This document shows positions 40,427-51,879 of a stretch of 64,000 bases of DNA, one piece after another. A program made the position numbers and the translations under genes. How positions within the stretch are numbered: position 1 is the first letter of the stretch; every line of letters starts with the position of its first letter. The notes beneath the pieces were generated by a model. The model worked only from the letters and a program-made list of their open reading frames with translations, ran no database searches and was not told the origin of the DNA. This stretch comes from Nemertoderma westbladi (lineage: Eukaryota > Animalia > Xenacoelomorpha): the NCBI GenBank assembly GCA_032718475.1, contig JAUCBJ010005383.1, forward strand, positions 1 to 64,000, written 5' to 3'.

Positions 40427-41655
40427 CTACTACTATGATCGGCATGCTGCATTGCAGCTGCATTTTTAAGAATGCTGTGCCGGCTTGTCGACAAAATTGC
40501 GCCGCCACAACTCCCTATCACCCATGACATTTGCTAGATCATCCGCATATTCAAGGCCAGTGTCCTTTAAGATGCGTCTCAAGAAAGTCATGGGCTGTCC
40601 ACCATGCTTATTCACTCCATGAGGCTGCCAAAGTACAAGATTATGCAATGGCTGGTCATCACGGCGAAAGCAATGTCCTGCAAAGCGGAGGCGATTTTGT
40701 TCTAGTGTCAAGCTTGGGGGAACCAATGAGACACCTTCAATGTTATATAGTGTCTGGTTGGAGATGTGTGCATTGTACTTGACACAATGAACCCGGCGTA
40801 GCATTCTTATGAATGTACCATCCAGAGATTTGGTGTCCTGAGCAGTTAGAGCCCAGCATGGACTCCCATAGAGGAGTACTGGAACTACTGCTGCTCTAAA
40901 TAATCGGACCTTAAGTTTCCGATTAATTCTCGGTGACTTCCAAATCCTGGAAAGCCTATTCAAGGCTGCCCATGCCTTTCCCTTACGTATTCGAAGGTCC
41001 TCACCTGACTTCCGGATCCATGATCCCAGGTAACAGAAGTCGTCCACATGCTCAAGCATACCATCCTTTGAGCTTATGCTCATCCGATCAGAGACTTGTG
41101 GAGGACTTTCAAAGTTAACTGTCAAATTTGTGGTCTTTCTGGAGTTAATAAAAAGAACAACACTAGAAGCAGCATGTTCTAATGAGCTGAGGAGCCGTTG
41201 GGCTCCCTCTAGTGATTCTGAGAGTACTCCTAAGTCATCAGCAAAGTCTAGATCAGTTAGGTACTTGGCAGGATTTCCTCGACTTCTGGAGCCAGTAGGT
41301 GGAGTTATCATCACCCCATCATCATTATGATGATCTAAGGACATGCGTAGAACATAGTCAACCACAATTATGAACAAGAATGGTGCAAGTGTGTCTCCCT
41401 GGAGGACGCCCCATAACACTTCAAATGGTTCTGTGTCACCGTCAACAGTAGACACAAATGTTGTCGAACCATCGTATACTGATCTGATTGCTGCAATAAT
41501 TTCATCAGGAATCCCATATAATGAAAGTATGCTGAACATACGTGAGCGAGAGACTGAATCAAAGGCCTTGAAGAAGTCAACAAAAATAACAGCCAGATGC
41601 CTGTCTTTCTTTTTTGATAACTCTTCAATTATCCTTCTAAGTGCCAAAAGCTGTA
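40427..41655 (-). mobile_element. 5'-truncated RTE-clade LINE with an uninterrupted partial RT ORF and (TAG)n tail
   Basis: ORF 40466-41695 contains FVDFFKAFDSV, GVLQGDTLAPFLF, LDFADD, FCYLGS and LLYGS..W; tail at 40427-40436. Confidence 0.93.
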
Positions 41656-41877
41656 AGTCTAATAATCGGAGCAAATTGCGCAAAATGAACGCCAACTGTG
41701 TGTTTAATAGGGTGTAAAACTGAATTTAAATTAAAGCATTTAGGGGAAGGAGCAGGTTACAGTGTAGGAGTTTCCAACCAAAGCAATAAAGAAAATGTTA
41801 TGCAATACACTACCAAATTGCGCTGAAGATCACTTTTTCAATCGCAATTAATGTGCGCCACTGTGTGAAAATCATAT

Positions 41878-44152
41878 GGTTTACAATCTCCAGCGTAGTA
41901 GGATTTATCGTAGGTTTACAATCTCCGGCGTAGTAGGCTTTATCGTAGGATTACAATCTCCCGCGTAGTAGGCTTTATCGTAGGTTTACAATCTCCAGCG
42001 TAGTAGGCTTTATCGTAGGTTTACAATCTCCAGGGTAGTAGGCTTTATCGTAGGTTTACAATCTCCCGCGTAGTAGGCTTTATCGTATGATTACAATCTC
42101 CAGCGTAGTAGGCTTTATCGTATGATTACAATCTCCAGCGTAGTAGGCTTTATCGTATGATTACAATCTCCAGCGTAGTAGGCTTTATCGTATGATTACA
42201 ATCTCCAGCGTAGTAGGCTTTATCGTAGGTTTACAATCTCCCGCGTAGTAGGATTTATCGTAGGTTTACAATCTCCAGCGTAGTAGGATTTATCGTAGGT
42301 TTACAATCTCCGGCGTAGTAGGCTTTATCGTAGGATTACAATCTCCCGCGTAGTAGGCTTTATCGTAGGTTTACAATCTCCAGCGTAGTAGGCTTTATCG
42401 TAGGTTTACAATCTCCAGGGTAGTAGGCTTTATCGTAGGTTTACAATCTCCCGCGTAGTAGGCTTTATCGTATGATTACAATCTCCCGCGTAGTAGGATT
42501 TATCGTAGGTTTACAATCTCCAGTGTAGTAGGCTTTATCGTATGATTACAATCTCCAGCGTAGTAGGCTTTATCGTAGGTTTACAATCTCCCGCGTAGTA
42601 GGATTTATCGTAGGTTTACAATCTCCAGCGTAGTAGGCTTTATCGTATGATTACAATCTCCAGCGTAGTAGGCTTTATCGTATGATTACAATCTCCAGCG
42701 TAGTAGGCTTTATCGTAGGTTTACAATCTCCCGCGTAGTAGGATTTATCGTAGGTTTACAATCTCCAGCGTAGTAGGATTTATCGTAGGTTTACAATCTC
42801 CGGCGTAGTAGGCTTTATCGTAGGATTACAATCTCCCGCGTAGTAGGCTTTATCGTAGGTTTACAATCTCCAGCGTAGTAGGCTTTATCGTATGATTACA
42901 ATCTCCAGCGTAGTAGGCTTTATCGTATGATTACAATCTCCAGCGTAGTAGGCTTTATCGTAGGTTTACAATCTCCCGCGTAGTAGGATTTATCGTAGGT
43001 TTACAATCTCCAGCGTAGTAGGCTTTATCGTATGATTACAATCTCCAGCGTAGTAGGCTTTATCGTATGATTACAATCTCCCGCGTAGTAGGATTTATCG
43101 TAGGTTTACAATCTCCCGCGTAGTAGGAATTATCGTAGGTTTACAATCTCCCGCGTAGTAGGCTTTATCGTAGGTTTACAATCTCCCGCGTAGTAGGATT
43201 TATCGTAGGTTTACAATCTCCAGCGTAGTAGGCTTTATCGTATGATTACAATCTCCAGCGTAGTAGGCTTTATCGTATGATTACAATCTCCCGCGTAGTA
43301 GGATTTATCGTAGGTTTACAATCTCCCGCGTAGTAGGAATTATCGTAGGTTTACAATCTCCAGCGTAGTAGGCTTTATCGTAGGTTTACAATCTCCAGGG
43401 TAGTAGGCTTTATCGTAGGTTTACTATCTCCAGCGTAGTAGGCTTTATCGTAGGTTTACAATCTCCCGCGTAGTAGGCTTTATCGTAGGTTTACAATCTC
43501 CAGGGTAGTAGGCTTTATCGTAGGTTTACTATCTCCAGCGTAGTAGGCTTTATCGTAGGTTTACAATCTCTCGCGTAGTAGGCTTTATCGTAGGTTTACA
43601 ATCTCCAGGGTAGTAGGCTTTATCGTAGGTTTACAATCTCCCGCGTAGTAGGCTTTATCGTAGGTTTACAATCTCCCGCGTAGTAGGCTTTAACGTAGGT
43701 TTACAATCTCCCGCGTAGTAGGCTTATCGTAGGACTACAATCTCCCGCGTAGTAGGATTTATCGTAGGTTTACAATCTCCCGCGTAGTAGGCTTTATCGT
43801 AGGTTTACAATCTCCAGCGTAGTAGGCTTTATCGTAGGTTTACATCTCCAGGGTAGTAGGCTTTATCGTAGGTTTACAATCTCCGGCGTAGTAGGCTTTA
43901 TCGTAGGATTACAATCTCCCGCGTAGTAGGATTTATCGTAGGTTTACAATCTCCCGCGTAGTAGGCTTTATCGTAGGTTTACAATCTCCCGCGTAGTAGG
44001 CTTTATCGTAGGTTTACAATCTCCCGCGTAGTAGGCTTTATCGTAGGTTTACAATCTCCCGCGTAGTACGCTTTATCGTAGGTTTACAATCTCCCGCGTA
44101 GTAGGATTTATCGTAGGTTTACAATCTCCCGCGTAGTAGGCTTTATCGTATG
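41878..44152. repeat. Minisatellite, 35-bp unit, ~65 copies
   Basis: Unit GGTTTACAATCTCC(A/C)GCGTAGTAGG(C/A)TTTATCGTA. Confidence 0.98.
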
Positions 44153-44190
44153 ATAAAGTCGTGTTTTTTTTATGGTTAATTTCTATTTAG

Positions 44191-44312
44191 CTTCACAATG
44201 CGGCGCCTAGGATCGATTCGAGGTTATCACCAGTGTTTCTACAACTTAAGACGAACTATAAGGCGATAGAAGCCGCTGAACGCAACAAAAAAAGGATTGA
44301 AAAACATAACCT
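44191..44312 (+). CDS. CFAP97D2: CFAP97D-like, exon 2
   Basis: TTTCTATTTAG| LHNAAPRIDSRLSPVFLQLKTNYKAIEAAERNKKRIEKHN(L) |GTGAGT; matches the family pattern A.P.VD..P....L..K......ER...IE..N; phase 2 out. Confidence 0.82.
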
Positions 44313-44326
44313 GTGAGTCGTTAATG

Positions 44327-47300
44327 ATGTAAATGTAACAATTAGTCTGTCATTGAGACCACACAACGTGTCATTGTTCCACATAAACTAATGTAAATGT
44401 AACAATTAGTCTGTCATTGAGACCACACAACGTGTCATTGTTCCACATAAACTAATGTAAATGTAACAATTAGTCTGTCATTGAGACCACACAACGTGTC
44501 ATTGTTCCACATAAACTAAATATTATTAAGTGAGACACTCCCAGTAAATGTTAATGTAAATGTAACAATTAGTCTGTCATTGAGACCACACAACGTGTCA
44601 TTGTTCCACATACACTAATGTAAATGTAACAATTAGTCTGTCATTGAGACCACACAACGTATCATTGTTCCACATAAACTAATGTAAATGTAACAATTAG
44701 TCTGTCATTGAGACCACACAACGTGTCATTGTTCCACATAAACTAATGTAAATGTAACAATTAGTCTGTCATTGAGACCACACAACGTGTCATTGTTCCA
44801 CATAAACTAATGTAAATGTAACAAGTAGTCTGTCATTGAGACCACACAACGTGTCATTGTTCCACATAAACTAATGTAAATGTAACAATTAGTCTGTCAT
44901 TGAGACCACACAACGTGGCATTGTTCCACATAAACTAATGTAAATGTAACAATTAGTCTGTCATTGAGACCACACAACGTGTCATTGTTCCACATAAACT
45001 AATGTAAATGTAACAATTAGTCTGTCATTGAGACCACACAACGTGTCATTGTTCCACATAAACTAATGTAAATGTAACAATTAGTCTGTCATTGAGACCA
45101 CACAACGTGTCATTGTTCCACATAAACTAATGTAAATGTAACAAGTAGTCTGTCATTGAGACCACACAACGTGTCATTGTTCCACATAAACTAATGTAAA
45201 TGTAACAATTAGTCTGTCATTGAGACCACACAACGTGGCATTGTTCCACATAAACTAATGTAAATGTAACAATTAGTCTGTCATTGAGACCACACAACGT
45301 GTCATTGTTCCACATAAACTAATGTAAATGTAACAATTAGTCTGTCATTGAGACCACACAACGTGTCATTGTTCCACATAAACTAATGTAAATGTAACAA
45401 TTAGTCTGTCATTGAGACCACACAACGTGGCATTGTTCCACATAAACTAATGTAAATGTAACAATTAGTCTGTCATTGAGACCACACAACGTGTCATTGT
45501 TCCACATAAACTAATGTAAATGTAACAATTAGTCTGTCATTGAGACCACACAACGTGTCATTGTTCCACATAAACTAATGTAAATGTAACAATTAGTCTG
45601 TCATTGAGACCACACAACGTGTCATTGTTCCACATAAACTAATGTAAATGTAACAATTAGTCTGTCATTTGAGACCACACAACGTGTCATTGTTCCACAT
45701 AAACTAATGTAAATGTAACAATTAGTCTGTCATTGAGACCACACAACGTGTCATTGTTCCACATAAACTAATGTAAATGTAACAATTAGTCTGTCATTGA
45801 GACCACACAACGTGTCATTGTTCCACATAAACTAATGTAAATGTAACAATTAGTCTGTCATTGAGACCACACAACGTGTCATTGTTCCACATAAACTAAT
45901 GTAAATGTAACAATTAGTCTGTCATTGAGACCACACAACGTGTCATTGTTCCACATAACCTAATGTAAATGTAACAATTAGTCTGTCATTGAGACCACAC
46001 AACGTGTCATTGTTCCACATAAACTAATGTAAATGTAACAATTAGTCTGTCATTGAGACAACACAACGTGTCATTGTTCCCCATAAACTAATGTAAATGT
46101 AACAATTAGTCTGTCATTGAGACCACACAACGTGTCATTGTTCCACATAAACTAAATATTAAGTGAGACACTCCCAGTAAATGTTAATGTAAATGTAACA
46201 ATTAGTCTGTCATTGAGACCACACAACGTGTCATTGTTCCACATAAACTAATGTAAATGTAACAATTAGTCTGTCATTGAGACCACACAACGTGTCATTG
46301 TTCCACATAAACTAATGTAAATGTAACAATTAGTCTGTCATTGAGACAACACAACGTGTCATTGTTCCATATAAACTAAATGTAAATGTAACAATTAGTC
46401 TGTCATTGAGACCACACAACGTGTCATTGTTCCACATAAACTAATGCAAATGTAACAATTAGTCTGTCATTGAGACCACACAACGTGTCATTGTTCCACA
46501 TAAACTAATGTAAATGTAACAATTAGTCTGTCATTGAGACCACACAACGTGTCATTGTTCCACATAAACTAATGTAAATGTAACAATTAGTCTGTCATTG
46601 AGACCACACAACGTGTCATTGTTCCACATAAACTAATGTAAATGTAACAATTAGTCTGTCATTGAGACCACACAACGTGTCATTGTTCCACATAAACTAA
46701 ATATTAAGTGAGACACTCCCAGTAAATGTTAATGTAAATGTAACAATTAGTCTGTCATTGAGACCACACAACGTGTCATTGTTCCACATAAACTAATGTA
46801 AATGTAACAATTAGTCTGTCATTGAGACCACACAACGTGTCATTGTTCCACATAAACTAATGTAAATGTAACAATTAGTCTGTCATTGAGACCACACAAC
46901 GTGTCATTGTTCCACATAAACTAAATATTAAGTGAGACACTCCCAGTAAATGTTAATGTAAATGTAACAATTAGTCTGTCATTGAGACAACACAACGTGT
47001 CATTGTTCCACATAAACTAATGTAAATGTAACAATTAGTCTGTCATTGAGACCACACAACGTGTCATTGTTCCACATAAACTAATGTAAATGTAACAATT
47101 AGTCTGTCATTGAGACCACACAACGTGTCATTGTTCCACATAAACTAATGTAAATGTAACAATTAGTCTGTCATTGAGACCACACAACGTGTCATTGTTC
47201 CACATAAACTAATGTAAATGTAACAATTAGTCTGTCATTGAGACCACACAACGTGTCATTGTTCCACATAAACTAATGTAAATGTAACAATTAGTCTGTC

Positions 47301-48140
47301 ATTGAGACCACACAACGTGTCATTGTTCCACATAAACTAAATATTAAGTGAGACACTCCCAGTAAATGTTAATGTAAATGTAACAATTAGTCTGTCATTG
47401 AGACCACACAACGTGTCATTGTTCCACATACACTAATGTAAATGTAACAATTAGTCTGTCATTGAGACCACACAACGTATCATTGTTCCACATAAACTAA
47501 TGTAAATGTAACAATTAGTCTGTCATTGAGACCACACAACGTGTCATTGTTCCACATAAACTAATGTAAATGTAACAATTAGTCTGTCATTGAGACCACA
47601 CAACGTGGCATTGTTCCACATAAACTAATGTAAATGTAACAATTAGTCTGTCATTGAGACCACACAACGTATCATTGTTCCACATAAACTAATGTAAATG
47701 TAACAATTAGTCTGTCATTGAGACCACACAACGTGGCATTGTTCCACATAAACTAATGTAAATGTAACAATTAGTCTGTCATTGAGACCACACAACGTGT
47801 CATTGTTCCACATAAACTAATGTAAATGTAACAATTAGTCTGTCATTGAGACCACACAACGTGTCATTGTTCCACATAAACTAATGTAGATGTAACAATT
47901 AGTCTGTCATTGAGACCACACAACGTGTCATTGTTCCACATATACTAATGTAAATGTAACAATTAGTCTGTCATTGAGACCACACAACGTGTCATTGTTC
48001 CACATTAACTAATGTAAATGTAACAATTAGTCTGTCATTGAGACCACACAACGTGTCATTGTTCCACATTAACTAATGTAAATGTAACAATTAGTCTGTC
48101 ATTGAGACCACACAACGTGTCATTGTTCCACATAAACTAA
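44327..48140. repeat. Minisatellite, 64-bp unit, ~57 copies, with recurrent ~30-bp inserts
   Basis: Unit TAATGTAAATGTAACAATTAGTCTGTCATTGAGACCACACAACGTGTCATTGTTCCACATAAAC. Confidence 0.98.
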
Positions 48141-48604
48141 TTATAAAGAATCAAATTAGAATTCAGACATATATTAAGTGAGACACTCCCCAATTACATA
48201 GTATTCGATATTCTATTTCATATGTATATATGTGCTAATGATTTCCAAGAGTTAATATAAAGAGATCATGATATTGTGGCATCGTTGATATATAATACAT
48301 ATTTACAAACAGTTCATTTAATTTATTTACTTTAATAAATCCAACTTAAAATATAATCACATTAACGGATTAATTTCTAGACTTGACAGGTGCCTTATAA
48401 GCTTGCTTCCAACACAAGGCCAGATCTTTGTTGGTATCACTTAGCTAGAGGGGGTAGTTCTTTAAAATACTTAATTGTTATAATTGTTAAATTTTTAATT
48501 ATTAATTGTGAATAAATAAATGATACTAAAAAATACAAAAAAAAACAATAATACGAGTCTGAAAGAATACAAATCTGTAAAAATTTACAATTTCGTTAAA
48601 AGTT

Positions 48605-48896
48605 GGTTTACACGTGGCAACTTTTTGAGCAACTTTGTCTGCAACCAGCCACTTTATTAAGAACAACTTAATTTGTTCGCAGTTTAAACGTGGCAACTTC
48701 ACAAGCAAGTTTTTGAGCAACTAAGTTAATTTGATGTAAAATAGTGAGTGGTCTCTTTAGTAACTGGGCTATTATTATATTATTGCACAGCCCAGCCATT
48801 TTACGGCAACTTTATTTTAAAGCAACTTCGTATTTACAAGGAGCAACTTGATCGACCACCTGAGTTACTCTAAAAGTTGCCACGACCGTGTAAACC
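48605..48896. mobile_element. MITE, possibly PIF/Harbinger-like
   Basis: Inverted ends GGTTTACACG.TGGCAACTTTT and AAAAGTTGCCA..CGTGTAAACC, with internal GCAACTT repeats. Confidence 0.6.
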
Positions 48897-49130
48897 CGAT
48901 ATTGCTTTAGGTACAATGTTGTGAGATTGCTTTACTGTAGATACGGCAAAGCGGCAGCCATTCTGGAACTTATTAAAAGCGTTTCGATCTTTAAACACCG
49001 TTATCTAAACTAATCCTGGATGAATATTTAGTGGGCCAATTAATTAATAATTATTATTCATACATTGTCACAGAGAATGCACAATAAGTACAGATCAATG
49101 CTTGCCGATATGTCAGATATAACTATAGTT

Positions 49131-49384
49131 ACTACTAATACTACTACTACTACTATAATGGTCGGCATGCTGCAATGCAGCTGCACAAGGGGATGGTATG
49201 GCTTAACAAAAATACATTTACCGCCGCCATGCTATCCACAATTGACAATGCAGCAAGCATTAAGAATGCTACTCTAAATTCCTCCGTCAGATTCCTCCGT
49301 CAGAACCGTCACAACTCCCTATCTTGCGAGATTATCCGCATCTTCAAGGTCCGTGTCCTTTAAGATGCGTCCCAAGAAAGTGAC
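49131..49384 (-). mobile_element. Diverged RTE 3'-end fragment
   Basis: (CTA)n + GTCGGCATGCTGCAATGCAGCTGCA, then CACAACTCCCTATC..GTGTCCTTTAAGATGCGTC, matching 40430-40590. Confidence 0.65.
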
Positions 49385-49389
49385 TTTGC

Positions 49390-50001
49390 TAAGCTGAAAA
49401 TCAGGTAAAGACTTCGGATACGTAAGGGGAAGACATGGGCAGCATTGAATAGTCCGTCCAGGATTTGGAAGTCCCATAGAATAAAACGGAACCTTAATGT
49501 TGGATTATTTATGGCAGTAGTAGTACCAGTACTTTTATATGGGAGTCAATGCTGGGCTCTAACTGCAGAGGGCTCCAAATCTCTGGATGGCACATTCACA
49601 AGAATGCTACGCCGGGTTCATTGTGTCAAGTACAATTAACACATCCCCAATCGGACTCTAAATAACATTGGAGGTGTTCCATTAGTCTCCCCTAGCTTGA
49701 CACTTGAACGGAACCCCATCCGCTTTGCAGGACATTGCTTTCGCCGTGAGGACCAGCCAGTGCATAATCTTGTGCTTTAGCGACCTAATGGTGTGAATAA
49801 GCATGGTGTACAGCAGCCCATGACATTCTTGAGACGCATCTTAAAGGACACTGGCCTTGAAGATGCGGATGATCTAGCAAATGTCATGGGTGATAGGGAG
49901 TGGTGGCGGCGCAATTTTGTCGACAAGCCGGCAAATCATTATTAATATATATGAAATATATATAATGCAGCTGCAATGCGGCATGCCGATAAATAGTAGT
50001 A
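49390..50001 (+). mobile_element. RTE-clade LINE 3' fragment (degenerate, with stops)
   Basis: RIWKS..VVPVLLYGSQCWALT..LDGTFTRMLRRVH; reverse complement of ~40430-41010. Confidence 0.88.
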
Positions 50002-50266
50002 GAAGTAAATATCGATCTAGACAGAGAGCTCCTGCAGTAAATATTTACGGATATTCTAAAGGGATTACAAATCGAGTTAAACACGTCGCTGAAGATTTAT
50101 ACGTTTGGGTTGCCGTTCCAAACTCCCTGTGGATGAGAATTGAACTACGTTCCACGTTTAAGCAGAATATTGACAGATAACACATGGTACAATAAGATAA
50201 GTTCGGTTGCAATAACCAAACGATTAGACAGTTTCTATATATTAGATTGCTTTTGTATTTCACCAG

Positions 50267-50413
50267 GGAAATGTACGAAAATCTGGTCCGGTTATCAAAA
50301 AAAGATTCGAATATAGACCACAGGAACGACTACACTCCGTTAACTAAGAATATCAACATCAGCCAGCAAATGGCAGCCCGAACTGAAAAAGAAAACCGGG
50401 CACTGTTGAGAAG
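50267..50413 (+). CDS. CFAP97D2: CFAP97D-like, exon 3
   Basis: TTTTGTATTTCACCAG| EMYENLVRLSKKDSNIDHRNDY..KNINISQQMAARTEKENRALLR(R) |GTAAGC; matches the family D.RN.Y...SLN......R...EN..LL.R; phase 2/2. Confidence 0.85.
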
Positions 50414-51854
50414 GTAAGCGGTACAATGGGACAAAGAAAACCGGGCACTGTTGAGAAGGTAAGTGGTACAATGGGACAAAGAAAACCGGGCACTGTTGAG
50501 AAGGTAAGTGGTACAATGGGACAAAGAAAACCGGGCACTGTTGAGAAGGTAAGTGGTACAATGGGACGAAGAAAACCGGGCACTGTTGAGAAGGTAAGTG
50601 GTAAAATGGGACAAAGAAAACCGGGCACTGTTGAGAAGGTAAGTGGTACAATGGGAGAAAGAAAACCGGGCACTGTTGAGAAGGTAAGTGGTACAATGGG
50701 ACAAAGAAAACCGGGCACTGTTGAGAAGGTAAGTGGTACAATGGGACAAAGAAAACCGGGCACTGTTGAGAAGGTAAGTGGTACAATGGGACAAAGAAAA
50801 CCGGGCACTGTTGAGAAGGTAAGTGGTAAAATGGGACAAAGAAAACCGGGCACTGTTGAGAAGGTAAGTGGTAAAATGGGACAAAGAAAACCGGGCACTG
50901 TTGAGAAGGTAAGTGGTACAATGGGAGAAAGAAAACCGGGCACTGTTGAGAAGGTAAGTGGTAAAATGGGACAAAGAAAACCGGGCACTGTTGAGAAGGT
51001 AAGTGGTACAATGGGAGAAAGAAAACTGGGCACTGTTGAGAAGGTAAGTGGTAAAATGGGACAAAGAAAACCGGGCACTGTTGAGAAGGTAAGTGGTAAA
51101 ATGGGACAAAGAAAACCGGGCACTGTTGAGAAGGTAAGTGGTACAATGGGAGAAAGAAAACCGGGCACTGTTGAGAAGGTAAGTGGTAAAATGGGACAAA
51201 GAAACCGGGCACTGTTGAGAAGGTAAGTGGTACAATGGGAGAAAGAAAACTGGGCACTGTTGAGACGGTAAGTGGTACAATGGGACAAAGAAAACCGGGC
51301 ACTGTTTAGAAGGTAAGTGGTACAATGGGACAAAGAAAACCGGGCACTGTTGAGAAGGTAAGTGGTACAATGGGACAAAGAAAACCGGGCACTGTTGAGA
51401 AGGTAAGTGGTAAAATGGGACAAAGGAAACCGGGCAATGTTGAGAAGGTAAGTGGTACAATGTGACAAAGAAAACCGGGCACTGTTTAGAAGGTAAGTGG
51501 TACAATGGGACAAAGAAAACCGGGCACTGTTGAGAAGGTAAGTGGTAAAATGGGACAAAGAAAACCGGGCACTGTTGAGAAGGTAAGTGGTACAATGGGA
51601 CAAAGAAAACCGGGCACTGTTGAGAAGGTAAGTGGTAAAATGGGACAAAGGAAACCGGGCACTGTTGAGAAGGTAAGCGGTACAATGGGACAAAGAAAAC
51701 CGGGCACTTTTGAGAAGGTAAGTGGTACAATGGGACAAAGAAAACCGGGCACTGTTGAGAAGGTAAGTGGTAAAATGGGACAAAGGAAACCGGGCACTGT
51801 TGAGAAGGTAAGCGGTACAATGGGACAAAGAAAATCGGGCACTGTTGAGAAGGT
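50388..51854. repeat. Minisatellite, 45-bp unit, ~32 copies, made of the exon 3 end plus its 5' splice site
   Basis: Unit AAAGAAAACCGGGCACTGTTGAGAAG|GTAAGTGGTACAATGGGAC. Confidence 0.97.
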
Positions 51855-51879
51855 TGTATATAACGTTGTATCACAAACT

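Noticed and set aside
37282-40530. 1082-aa TPVIPYYCN repeat protein
   Set aside because: Translation of the 33-bp minisatellite fused to an out-of-frame RTE tail, inside an intron.
48526-48720. Minus-strand 64-aa ORF as an extra codanin exon
   Set aside because: It overlaps a MITE, and the flanking codanin exons already join in frame without it.
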